50,140 nucleotides of DNA from Nitrospinota bacterium. GTDB taxonomy: Bacteria > UBA8248. The notes below the pieces were generated by a model. That model saw only the letters and a list, made by a program, of their open reading frames with translations, searched no databases and had not been told where the DNA came from. The translations under genes were made by a program, and so were the position numbers. The stretch lies in assembly GCA_046581755.1 (NCBI GenBank), contig JAYGFR010000240.1, positions 1 through 50,140 of the forward strand, read 5' to 3'. Positions 39,129 to 48,675 of the stretch are shown piece by piece (the first letter of the stretch is position 1; each line of letters begins with the position of its first letter).

Positions 39129-40328
39129 CTAGACGCTGGGCCCGACGCGGGTGATGGCGAAGGCGTTGTCCTCGTGGAGGATCTCGGCCTTGGTCATCTT
39201 ACCGCTGGCGACGTCGATCACCTCGTCATAGACGCGCCGCCCGGCAACCTCGATGGGGGTCCCGGTGAAAATGTCCGTCACGTCCACGTCGAGCGTGTCC
39301 CGCTGGAGTTTTGCCGAGACGGGGTTTCCCGTGATGCGCAGGGTGCTCATGAGCGGGTGGTTGATGGTATGGCCGCCGCCGGTCGAGAAGATCAGGACCT
39401 GGGCCCCCCCGCCCGCGATGCCGGTGATGGATTCGCCGCCGTGGCCGGGCGTGTCCATGACGTGGAGGCCCGGGATCCGCTTCGCCCGCTGGGCGTAGGG
39501 GATGACGTCCACGATGGGGGCCGAGCCCGCCTTCTGGATGGCGCCCAGCGATTTTTCCTCGATGGTGGAGAGGCCGCCCTCGATGTTGTCGCCGGTGGGC
39601 TGGCTGCCGCGCAGGTCCACGCCGCAGGCGAGAATGTCCGCTTCCATCTTGCTGACCATCGCCCAGATTTTCCTGCCCAGGGCGGGGCGGACGCATTTCG
39701 CGGCCAGCACGTCCTCGCCCCCCATCATCTCGGTCGTCTCGGCGAGCAGCGCCCGGCCGCCGAGCTTGATGACCTGATCGGTCACCCAGCCGGTGGCCTT
39801 GTTGTGCGAAATGCCCGAGGTCGTGTCCGAGGTGCCGCAGTTGAGGCCGAGGAGGAGCTTGGAGACGGGGACCTCCCGGCGGCGCTCGTTGGTGAGCTCC
39901 CGGATCATTTCCATTCCGATGCGCGTGACCTGGGCGGTGGCCTCGATGGCCCCTCCGCTCAGGCGGATGTTGACCGCCTCGACGCGCTTGCCCGTCTTGG
40001 CGATCTCGTGGGCGATCTCATCGGCGGTACAGCCCTCCTCGCGGTGGTGGTCGATGACGATGACGGCCCCGGCGTTGGCGTTCTGGCCGTGGGCGACGAG
40101 GGTGTCGAAGGTGCGCTTGAGATCGGGCGCAATCTGGCACCGGCCCAGGGGGTGGGTGATGGCGACGCTGTGGCGCAGGGTGCGCGTGACGCGCTCGCAG
40201 GTGGGGTTGGCGTAGAGGGTGCCGCTCAGGAGCAAGAGATAGTTGCGCGCGCCCACGTCGCCGTTCTCGCGGGGGAAGGCGAACCAGGTCTTGCGCAGCC
40301 GGGGCGCCGGTGTTTTTCTTCTGGCCAT
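39129..40328 (-). CDS. UxaA-family dehydratase/lyase large subunit (SuyB-like)
   Basis: RENGDVGARN, CGTSDTTSG, ETTEMMGGE, NIEGGLSTIEEKSLGAIQKAG, MDTPG. Confidence 0.9.
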   Translation of the reverse strand: MARRKTPAPRLRKTWFAFPRENGDVGARNYLLLLSGTLYANPTCERVTRTLRHSVAITHPLGRCQIAPDLKRTFDTLVAHGQNANAGAVIVIDHHREEGCTADEIAHEIAKTGKRVEAVNIRLSGGAIEATAQVTRIGMEMIRELTNERRREVPVSKLLLGLNCGTSDTTSGISHNKATGWVTDQVIKLGGRALLAETTEMMGGEDVLAAKCVRPALGRKIWAMVSKMEADILACGVDLRGSQPTGDNIEGGLSTIEEKSLGAIQKAGSAPIVDVIPYAQRAKRIPGLHVMDTPGHGGESITGIAGGGAQVLIFSTGGGHTINHPLMSTLRITGNPVSAKLQRDTLDVDVTDIFTGTPIEVAGRRVYDEVIDVASGKMTKAEILHEDNAFAITRVGPSV

Positions 40329-40341
40329 CGAATGGGCCTCC

Positions 40342-40641
40342 TTAGTTATTTTCGAGGTCGCCGCGGCCCCGGTTGCTTTCGAGATTGTGGATGTGAATGT
40401 AGTCGCCCACCTGGATGTCCTTGCTGGCCGAGCCGATCGAGAGACCGTACTTGAGGCACTGATCGCCCTTCTTCATCCCCTTGACGCAAATCTTGTGGGC
40501 GAAGGGAATGTTTTGCTTGGCCTTGATCTTTTTCGATTTCCGGCCGTCCCGCATGAGTTCCACCGTCTCGCCGCGCTTGACGGCGGAAATACAGGTGGCG
40601 ACGTGGTCCGTCTTGTCGATGATCATGGCGACTTTTGCCAC
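40342..40641 (-). CDS. UxaA-family SAF-domain small subunit (SuyA-like)
   Basis: DHVATC, IPFAHKI, KYGLSIG.A..DI..G..IHIHNLES; GTG start with GGAGG RBS. Confidence 0.9.
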   Translation of the reverse strand: MAKVAMIIDKTDHVATCISAVKRGETVELMRDGRKSKKIKAKQNIPFAHKICVKGMKKGDQCLKYGLSIGSASKDIQVGDYIHIHNLESNRGRGDLENN

Positions 40642-40819
40642 AGCGATCCTCCGGTGATGGTGAACCATTCCGCCGGCCGCGCCCCGCGGGCGATGCCGGA
40701 TCGAAAAAAATAACGTGGAAATTGGAACCGCGCCTACATTACCGCAATGGCGGAGCGATGTTCAAGGAATGCGCGGCGGATGCGCCCGGGGTTTCAAGGG
40801 GCGGGCGCCGGGAAAACGA

Positions 40820-41869
40820 TCAGGGCGCGGCGGGGGGATCGATGCCGAGCTCGCCCGCGATGCGGCAAAGATCCCCGAACAAAGCTTCCTTGAGCGGGAT
40901 TCCGTTTTTGAGGAACGCGGTGTAGCGGCGGTGGGACCCCTCGCCGGGAATGCGAATTTCATCGAAATTGGGCGCGAGGGGCGACGCCTTGACGCGCCGG
41001 ACGGTCTCGTCCACCGCCGCCTGATAGTCTCCGCCCAGGCACCGCACCGGGTCGATCGCGATCGCGAGCAGGGGCAGGGCGAATGGGCGCTCCTCGTCGA
41101 GCCAGTCGGGCTGATCGGCCTCGAATCCGTTTCCGCTGAGGGCCGAGGTGAGGAAGCTGAACATGAGGGCCAAACCGTACCCCTTGTGTTCGCCCAGCGG
41201 GAGCATGGTCCCCTTGGCGCCCAGGGCGGCGTCCGTCGTGGGGCGGCCCTCGGAGTCGAGCGCCCAGCCCTCGGGTATCGGCTCGCCGGCCCTTGCGGCG
41301 AGGAGGACATACCCGCGCGCGACCTTCGAGGTCGCCATGTCGAAAATGATCGGGAACTCCTGGTTCGAGGGAATGGCGAAGGCGACCGGGTTGTTTCCGA
41401 GCATGCGCCCGGCCCCGCCCCAGGGGGCGAGGTTTCCGGCCGCGCCGCTGATGACGATGCCGATCATGCCCTTTTTTAGCGCCAGGGCGGCCAGGTAGCC
41501 GATGTGGCCCGTGTGGGAGGAGCGGCGCAGGGCGGCGGCCCCGAAGCCTCCGGCCTCAGCCTTTTCCATAGCGATCTCCATCGCCCGGCTCCCCACGACG
41601 GCGCTCATCCCCAGGTCTCCGTCCAGGAGCGAGAACGCCGGAAGATCCGTGATCGTCTTGATGTCGGGCCGCGGGTTGGCCGTCCCCCGCCGGAGGCGGC
41701 TGACGAAGACCCCGAAGCGCACGCACCCGTGCGAGCCGACCCCCCGGAGCTCGGCGTCCACGGTCTGGGCCGCGCACTTGGCCGCATCGCCCGGGGGGAG
41801 CCCGAGCGCCGCGTAGGCGCGGGCGAGGAAGGCGTGAAGCGTCTCGGCCGGGAGCGTTATGTCCGCCAT
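40820..41869 (-). CDS. Second Ldh_2 family oxidoreductase
   Basis: AELRGVGSHG, GNNP, FDMATS, IPEGWALD, HKGYGL, RIPGE. Confidence 0.92.
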   Translation of the reverse strand: MADITLPAETLHAFLARAYAALGLPPGDAAKCAAQTVDAELRGVGSHGCVRFGVFVSRLRRGTANPRPDIKTITDLPAFSLLDGDLGMSAVVGSRAMEIAMEKAEAGGFGAAALRRSSHTGHIGYLAALALKKGMIGIVISGAAGNLAPWGGAGRMLGNNPVAFAIPSNQEFPIIFDMATSKVARGYVLLAARAGEPIPEGWALDSEGRPTTDAALGAKGTMLPLGEHKGYGLALMFSFLTSALSGNGFEADQPDWLDEERPFALPLLAIAIDPVRCLGGDYQAAVDETVRRVKASPLAPNFDEIRIPGEGSHRRYTAFLKNGIPLKEALFGDLCRIAGELGIDPPAAP

Positions 41870-42085
41870 GGTTTTCCTCAGATGGTGATAGAGACTGTGG
41901 AAAGAGACTGAAGGCATACCATATTCGCGGGGTCCGGTCTCGCCTTGGTGCGGGGGGCGAATGGCGTTATATAGAGAGTCACCGAAAAACGAGGGGAAGC
42001 GGACCGGGGAGCGAAGCCGCCGCCCGGTGCGCATGAATTTTTCGGACGATTTTTTTTATCAATCCCATTGGGAAAGGGGTTTGGC

Positions 42086-42874
42086 ATGGATCTAGGCTTG
42101 AAGGGAAAACGAGCGATCGTCACCGGCGCCAGCCGGGGCATCGGCCGCGAGGTCGCACTTCAGTTGGGAAGGGAGGGCGCGCGGGTCTGCGTGACGGCGC
42201 GCGATGAGGCTCTTCTCGAAACGGCGGTGAGCGAAATCAACGCCGCCGGCGGCGAGGGCATGTCGGTCTCTTCCGATCTGACTTCGCTCGATGGGTGCAA
42301 AAAGGTGGTGGACGCCGTCGCCGAAAAATTCGGCGGGGTGGATATTCTGGTCAACTGCGCCGGCGCGGCCAAGGGCGGCGATATCCTCGATCTCGACGTG
42401 GATCTATTCACCGACGCCCTCAGCCTGAAAACCTTCGGCTACATCCGCATGGCCCAGCTCACCGTCCCGCACATGAAAAAGGGCGGATGGGGGCGGATCA
42501 TCAACGTGTGCGGCGGCGCGGGCGCCAGCCCGGCCCGGGGCAACCTGCCCACCAGCTTCGCCAACATCACCGTCCTCAACTCCTCGCGGGGCCTCTCCGA
42601 CGCTGTTGCGGGCGACGGGATCATCGTCAACAACATTTGCCCCGGCATGACGAACACCCAGCGCGCGCGCGACCTCACCCAGGCCGCCGCCGACAAGGCG
42701 GGCAAGGATGTCGAGGAAGTTTTGAAAGAGCGGGGCGCCAAGACCCCGGCGGGCCGGATTTGCGAGCCCGGGGAAATCGGCAAGATGGCCGCCTTCCTGG
42801 CGTCCGAGACGAATTCCTACTCGTTCGGAAGCTCCATCTACATGGACGGCGGCGCCCGGCGCGGCACGCCCTAA
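42086..42874 (+). CDS. SDR oxidoreductase with atypical active site
   Basis: TGASRGIG, NCAG; the YxxxK position reads TSFAN. Confidence 0.88.
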   Translation: MDLGLKGKRAIVTGASRGIGREVALQLGREGARVCVTARDEALLETAVSEINAAGGEGMSVSSDLTSLDGCKKVVDAVAEKFGGVDILVNCAGAAKGGDILDLDVDLFTDALSLKTFGYIRMAQLTVPHMKKGGWGRIINVCGGAGASPARGNLPTSFANITVLNSSRGLSDAVAGDGIIVNNICPGMTNTQRARDLTQAAADKAGKDVEEVLKERGAKTPAGRICEPGEIGKMAAFLASETNSYSFGSSIYMDGGARRGTP

Positions 42875-42884
42875 GCGGGATTTT

Positions 42885-42921
42885 AAAAAAGGCCCGGGGC
42901 GATCGTCGCTTCGGGCCTTTT
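42885..42921. terminator. Probable bidirectional terminator hairpin
   Basis: AAAAGGCCCGGGGCGA-TCG-TCGCTTCGGGCCTTTT. Confidence 0.6.
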
Positions 42922-43004
42922 CGTTCCGCTCCCGGCCGTTTTGCTCCGCTCCGGGCCGGTTTGTTCGAAAACATCATTTCCTTATTCCAGGAGGATTTTG
43001 AGGC

Positions 43005-44078
43005 ATGCCCCATTGGTTCGATCCGCTCCAGCTCCGGGGGGTGACGCTCCGCAACCGGATCGGGGTCTCCCCCATGTGTCAGTACATCGCGCAAGAGGGC
43101 ATGGCCAACGGTTGGCATCTGGTTCACCTGGGCGCGCGCGCGGCCGGGGGCGCCGGCCGCGTCTTCATCGAGGCGACCGGGGTGACGGCCCAGGGGCGCA
43201 TCACGCCGGGGTGCATGGGCATCTGGACGGACGATCATGTTGAGCCCCTGGCGCGGATCGCCCGCTTCGTCTCCGGGCAGGGCGCGGTGGCGGGCATCCA
43301 GATCGGCCATGCTGGCCGGAAGGCCAGCTGCGACGTCACCTGGAAGGGGGGCGTACCGCTATCGAACGATGAGGGCGGATGGGAGATCGTGGCCCCCAGC
43401 CCGCTTCCGTTTCACGACAAGTCGCGCCTGCCCAAGGAGCTGGGGCTGGAGGAAATCGCCCGAATTCAGGAAGCCTTCCGCACGGCGGCCCGCCGGGCGC
43501 TCGCGGCCGGTTTTGAGTGGATCGAGGTCCACGCGGCCCACGGCTACCTGATGCACAGCTTTTATTCGCCCATCTCGAATAAACGGACCGACAGGTACGG
43601 CGGCTCCTTCGAGAACCGCACCCGCTTCACGGTCGAGACCGTGCGGATCGTGCGGGCCGAATGGCCGGAGGACAAGCCCATGTCCGTCCGCCTCTCCTCG
43701 ACCGACTGGGCCGAGGGGGGCTGGACCTTGGAGGAGACGGTCGCGCTGTCGAAAATTCTCAAGGCCGAGGGTGTGGACCTCATCGATTGCAGCGGCGGCG
43801 GGGGGACCCCCCTGGCGAAGATTCCGGTGGGCGCGGGCTACCCGGTTCCCTTCACCGAGGCCCTCCGCCGGGAGGCGGAGATTCCCACCGCGGCGGTCGG
43901 GATGATCACCGAGCCCTGGCAGGCCGATCAGATCGTGCGCAACGGGCAGGCGGATATCGTATTGATGGCGCGGGCGATGCTCCGCGAGCCCTACTGGCCC
44001 CAGAAGGCCGCCGCCGCCCTCGCCAAGAAAGATCTCGCCTACGTCCCCGATCCCTACCACCGGGCGCACGGGCGCTAA
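43005..44078 (+). CDS. NADH:flavin oxidoreductase (YqjM/NamA-type Old Yellow Enzyme)
   Basis: NRIGVSPMCQY, HAGRKAS, HAAHGYL, NKRTDRYGGSFENR. Confidence 0.94.
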   Translation: MPHWFDPLQLRGVTLRNRIGVSPMCQYIAQEGMANGWHLVHLGARAAGGAGRVFIEATGVTAQGRITPGCMGIWTDDHVEPLARIARFVSGQGAVAGIQIGHAGRKASCDVTWKGGVPLSNDEGGWEIVAPSPLPFHDKSRLPKELGLEEIARIQEAFRTAARRALAAGFEWIEVHAAHGYLMHSFYSPISNKRTDRYGGSFENRTRFTVETVRIVRAEWPEDKPMSVRLSSTDWAEGGWTLEETVALSKILKAEGVDLIDCSGGGGTPLAKIPVGAGYPVPFTEALRREAEIPTAAVGMITEPWQADQIVRNGQADIVLMARAMLREPYWPQKAAAALAKKDLAYVPDPYHRAHGR

Positions 44079-44236
44079 GGAGTCCTCGCGGAAACGCTCC
44101 GGCGGCCCAGCCCGCTCCGGCGAGAATGGGGTGGCGGGTCCTCTCCCGCCGGGTTACACTACGGATAAGCGTTAAATCCCGATTCGCGGCGCCGTGTGCG
44201 TTCGCATCGAAACCTCTTCGATGGGTGGGTTCAGCC

Positions 44237-44401
44237 ATGCCTGTATACGATTTCAGATGCCTGAAATGCAAAAAGAAAGTGACCTTGACGATGCCCCTCG
44301 CCGAGTACGAGGGGAAAAAATTCAAGTGCCCCAAGTGCGGCGGAAAGCGCCTCGAGCGCCTCGTCGCCACGTTCCAGGCGGTGACCTCCCGGAAAAGCTG
44401 A
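44237..44401 (+). CDS. FmdB-family zinc ribbon protein
   Basis: MPVYDFRCLKC...CPKCGGK.LER. Confidence 0.9.
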   Translation: MPVYDFRCLKCKKKVTLTMPLAEYEGKKFKCPKCGGKRLERLVATFQAVTSRKS

Positions 44402-44546
44402 TCCTTGCGCGCCCCCCTCAGGCGCCGGGGGAAATACGGCTCATCATAAAAGCCCCATCCAGGCCCACTCCCACCCACAAAAAAATCTCCCCGGCGGTGC
44501 GCCCGCAGGGAGGAGGCTGAAATAACGGTTCCGTTTCTTTCGCGCT

Positions 44547-45409
44547 CTAATTCGCGGGCGCCCCGGTCATGCGCCTCATGCAGGCGCGCCGGGAGGCTTT
44601 CGGGCCGCGCGCGCAGATGCTTCGCGCCTGGCCCACCAATTTGCTCAGTTGCGCCCTTATATTTTTGATCCTTCCGCCAATTTGAGCGAGCTCCCTGGCG
44701 GCGGCCGTGTTCTTCGCAGCGGCGCGGGCCTTCGCAACTGCGCGGACCTTGGCGGCGCGGGGGTTGTTGAAGCGCCCGGCCCCGAACGCGCCGTGCGGGT
44801 GGTTCTTTATGTGCTTGTGGTTCTTGACCATCTTGCGGTAGGCCACGCGGGGGTGCTTGTGTTTCGTGTTGCGGTGCTTGTGTAGATAGGCATTGTGGGT
44901 AATGTACTTTATTGTCGGGATCTTCTTCCAGTGCTTGTGTAAATCGCGGTGTTTGTGGTTGAAGGCGGGTGTCGGCTTTACATATTTGGCGGTGTGAATG
45001 TGGAGTTTTTTATGACGGTGCAACCTTTTACACTTTCTCCTTCCACGGTAAATATACCCATACCCTTGTTTGCAGTGTATCTTAGCACCAGGGTGTCGTA
45101 CAAAGTGGAAGTGCCTCCCTCCTTCCGCAACCCCCCCCCCCGTGTGGCGCGATGCTTGTGAAATTCGTGCCAGTGATTGGTAGAAACCAATTTTAACCCG
45201 GCTACCTTTCTTTTAACGCTCGGGTGTCTGTGCTTCTTGCCGGGGTGGATGTGGATCTTGCCGGGGTTTACGACGATGGTTTTGTAGTGCTTGTGCATCG
45301 TGCTGTGTTTATGGATCGCAATTTGCGCCCCGGGGCGGGTGGGCATGATGAATTGGGTCATGACGAACACCAGCGAGGCCAGCGAGAACAGAAGGACCGA
45401 TCGTTTCAT
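44547..45409 (-). CDS. Secreted His/Lys-rich HxH-repeat protein, frameshifted at a G11 tract
   Basis: Signal peptide MKRSVLLFSLASLVFV...; two ORF halves join into about 287 aa if the C11 run at 45131-45141 is 9 or 12 long. Confidence 0.7.
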
Positions 45410-45747
45410 GGTTCCATCTCCCCTAAAATGGGCCTGAAGTGGTGCCTCTCGAACGAGAATTCGTAATGTGATGGTATCGTTACACGGAATAGCCATTATG
45501 CCCAGATAAAAATCGGTATAATGGTAGAAAAATAGATATATTAATATAACATTGTCATCGGCGCCCCATTTATGGGGAATAGCCCGAAAATGTCTGTAAA
45601 TCCTCAAATATGAACGGGTTGCCTTCTCGGCGCCCCCGGCGGTATGTCCAAAATTCCACGCCGGTGGGGAGGGATGGTGAATTCTTCGAGTTTCAAGCCG
45701 ACACCACCCTCGGTGGCGCGGGGGCACCGGGTCATCCAGCTTTGGGT

Positions 45748-46632
45748 CTATTCCTCCCCCGGCAACATTGCCGAGGCGCCCAGGGATCGGGGATCGCGCT
45801 CGGGCCAGCGGCCGGCGTCCACCTCGGTGATAAAGTCGAGAACGATGCGGTTGAACACGGCGGGCTCCTCGAGGTTGATGAGGTGGCCCGCGTTGGGGAA
45901 GGTGATCAGCGCGGCGGTGGGGATGGTGCGCTTCATGAAGATGCCGGGCTCGAGGCAGGGTTCGTCCTCGTCCCCGGTCAGAATGAGGGTGGGCACACGG
46001 GATTTTTTCATCGCCTCCTCGAGCTCGTAGACCGAGGGCCGCGTGCTCTGGAGGCCGCGCATGGTGTTGGCGGCCCCGAGGGCGGAGCGCTCGATAAATT
46101 GGCGCTGAAATTTTTCGTAGGCGATGGGGTCCTTGCGCTCGAGCTGGACGCGGGTGGGGCCGGCGCTGTAGACGGGGCCGAATTTTTCGAGGCCTTCCTC
46201 CTCGAAGCGGCGGGCCACCTCGTTGACATCTTTTTGAAATTGCTCACGCTGGCTCACCACCGAGCCGTAGCCGCACCCGGCGACCACGCACGAGCGCACC
46301 AGCTCGGGGTGGCGAAGCCCGATGTGGAGACTGGCGTAGCCGCCCATCGAGAGGCCGACGACGTGGGCGGGGGCCAGATCGAGGGCCTGGATGATCCCGG
46401 CCAGATCGGCTGTGGCGATGTCCTGGCTATAATCCGAAACGTCCCCGGGAACGTCCGTGGGCGGTAACCCCCGCGCGTTGTAGACGAGAGTGCGGTAGCG
46501 GCGGTTGAAGAAGCGGACCTGATCCTCCCAGCTGCGGTAGTCGCCCGCGAACTCGTGGACGAAGACGATGGGCGTCCCTTCGCCGGAGATTTCGTAGTGA
46601 AGCTGGATTCCGTTGGCCTGAATCTTGGGCAT
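45748..46632 (-). CDS. Alpha/beta hydrolase
   Basis: FVHEFAGD, GLSMGG nucleophile elbow, GDED, AGHLINLEEP. Confidence 0.93.
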   Translation of the reverse strand: MPKIQANGIQLHYEISGEGTPIVFVHEFAGDYRSWEDQVRFFNRRYRTLVYNARGLPPTDVPGDVSDYSQDIATADLAGIIQALDLAPAHVVGLSMGGYASLHIGLRHPELVRSCVVAGCGYGSVVSQREQFQKDVNEVARRFEEEGLEKFGPVYSAGPTRVQLERKDPIAYEKFQRQFIERSALGAANTMRGLQSTRPSVYELEEAMKKSRVPTLILTGDEDEPCLEPGIFMKRTIPTAALITFPNAGHLINLEEPAVFNRIVLDFITEVDAGRWPERDPRSLGASAMLPGEE

Positions 46633-46842
46633 GATCGCCTCCTGGAGGATGAGAACAGGGATGACTGGGAATGATATCCAATGGGCCGGGGAATGGGAAG
46701 CTGAGGGGAATTCCACCGTCGGCCGGGGGCGGGGCCCACCCGGGCCGGGGTCGATTCGGCTTGATTTTCCCGGCCATCTCATTGAAGATAGAGCGCGAAT
46801 CGGGTATCGCCCTGATTCCCGGGGGAAACTGTGCGTCATTAT

Positions 46843-46878
46843 TTCGTGCATTTGCAATAATTCGCGCATTTGCAATAT
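46843..46878 (+). repeat. 18-bp tandem repeat upstream of the desaturase (candidate operator)
   Basis: TTCGTGCATTTGCAATAA / TTCGCGCATTTGCAATAT, ending next to the GGAGG RBS. Confidence 0.7.
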
Positions 46879-46889
46879 GGAGGATCGGA

Positions 46890-48299
46890 TTGTTGAGCAA
46901 TCCTGAAAATAGCCGTCTTGCCATCCACCGCAAGGATGAGCGGAAGATCATGTGGTGGACCGTTTTTGCGATTGGAGCCATTCACCTCGCCGCGCTGCTC
47001 GCCCTGAATCCGGCCTACTACAGCCGCTCGGGCCTGGTTCTCGGAATCGTTTTGTATTACGTGGCCGGGATGCTCGGCGTGACGCTCTGTTTTCACCGCC
47101 TGCTGACCCACCGGAGTTTCCAGACTTATAAGTGGATGGAGTACTTCCTGACCTTTTGCGGCGTCCTGGCGCTGCAGAGCGGGCCGATGCAGTGGGTGGC
47201 CCAGCACCGGATTCACCACAAAGAGGCCGACGATGAGCCGGACCCCCATTCCCCGCTCGTGACGTTCCTGTGGGCGCACATTGGATGGCTCTTCGTGAGC
47301 ATGCCCGATTGCCACGCATACGAGGATTATTGCCGTTTCGCCAAGGATCTCGACCGCGACCCGGTTCAGCGCTTCTTCGACCGCTATTTCTTTCAGATCT
47401 GGGCCAGCTTCGCCGGTCTCGTCTATCTGGCGGGCGAGCTGTACGGCGGGCTCGGCATGTCCTGGCTGGTGTGGGGGGTTCTGGTCCGCCAGGTCCTCCT
47501 GTGGCACGCCACCTGGCTCGTCAATTCGGCCACGCACTTGTGGGGCTACCGGAACTACAAGACGGATGAGGAGAGCACGAACAACTGGTGGGTGGCCCTG
47601 TTCGCCTTCGGCGAGGGTTGGCACAACAATCACCACGCCGATCAGCGTTCGGCGGCCCACGGGCAGCGGTGGTTCGAGATCGACATCACCTACATGCTCA
47701 TCCGCCTGATGGGCCTGACCGGGCTGGCCTGGAGCATCAACGAGCCCAGCAAGCGCATCGTCGCCAAGCGGGTGGATATCATGGTGGACTATGATGCCCT
47801 TCGCGTCTCGGACGAGATGAACAACCGGACGGCCAGCCATGTCCTCCAGACCCAGACCGATCCCACCATCCCGGTCCAGGTGCCCCAGATGCCCTCGGCG
47901 GCGGAGGCCTACGAAGCCGCCCTCCGGGCGGCGGGCGAGGCCAAGGAGGCCGCCGCGAAAGCCCTCCAGTACGCCGCCCAGGCGATCGCGCACAAACAAC
48001 AGGGCGCCGTCGAGAAGGCCGACCATGCGGTCAAGGAGCTACTCGAGCGCGCCAAGGACATGGGCATGGCCGCCGTTGAGCAGGCCAAGTTCGCCGCCGC
48101 CCAGGCCCATGAGTTCTCCTCCCAGGCGGGCCAGTACGCCGCCAATGCGAAAGAGCGGGCGGCCGAATCGGCGCGCCAGTTCGCCGAAAAAAGCCGGGCG
48201 CTCGCCCAGGAGGCCGTTGAGGCCGCAACGCGGGCGGCGGACGAGGTGAGCGTGGCGTTCCAGGGCATCGGGAGGCCCATCATCACCTCGACGATTTAA
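46890..48299 (+). CDS. Delta-9-type membrane fatty acid desaturase with Ala-rich helical C-terminal extension
   Basis: His boxes HRLLTH, HRIHH, HNNHH; DPHSP, WLVNSATH, GEGW; TTG start after GGAGG. Confidence 0.92.
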   Translation: MLSNPENSRLAIHRKDERKIMWWTVFAIGAIHLAALLALNPAYYSRSGLVLGIVLYYVAGMLGVTLCFHRLLTHRSFQTYKWMEYFLTFCGVLALQSGPMQWVAQHRIHHKEADDEPDPHSPLVTFLWAHIGWLFVSMPDCHAYEDYCRFAKDLDRDPVQRFFDRYFFQIWASFAGLVYLAGELYGGLGMSWLVWGVLVRQVLLWHATWLVNSATHLWGYRNYKTDEESTNNWWVALFAFGEGWHNNHHADQRSAAHGQRWFEIDITYMLIRLMGLTGLAWSINEPSKRIVAKRVDIMVDYDALRVSDEMNNRTASHVLQTQTDPTIPVQVPQMPSAAEAYEAALRAAGEAKEAAAKALQYAAQAIAHKQQGAVEKADHAVKELLERAKDMGMAAVEQAKFAAAQAHEFSSQAGQYAANAKERAAESARQFAEKSRALAQEAVEAATRAADEVSVAFQGIGRPIITSTI

Positions 48300-48328
48300 C
48301 CCTTGCCCCGCGGGGGCGGAAAAATTCC

Positions 48329-48359
48329 GGGCCGGAGGCTTTGTCCTCGGGCCCTTTTT
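48329..48359 (+). terminator. Intrinsic terminator
   Basis: GGGCCGGAGG-CTTTGT-CCTCGGGCCC followed by T5. Confidence 0.65.
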
Positions 48360-48675
48360 ATTTGCGGATTCGGCCGCGCTGTTCCGGGCGGGCACAGGAC
48401 CGGATGGCTTGCGGGCGGGCGCTCGTGGGCCACCGGGAGGCCTGCGGTGTGCGCCTTTCGTCAGCGTGATGGTACATTGAAGCGCCGAAGGGAATCCTCG
48501 ATTCTCCCCCCCAGTTAAGCGGGGTTTCAATCGAATGGTATTATGGTTCCTGTTCTAAAAAGAGGGCATCGTTGTCAAAAGGCTCCTTTCTGGTCCTTGA
48601 AGGCCCAGAGCTCTTGAAGGCCCGGAATCATTGAGGGTCCGGGTGCAAAACCCGAATTCGAATCGAGGTAAATCC

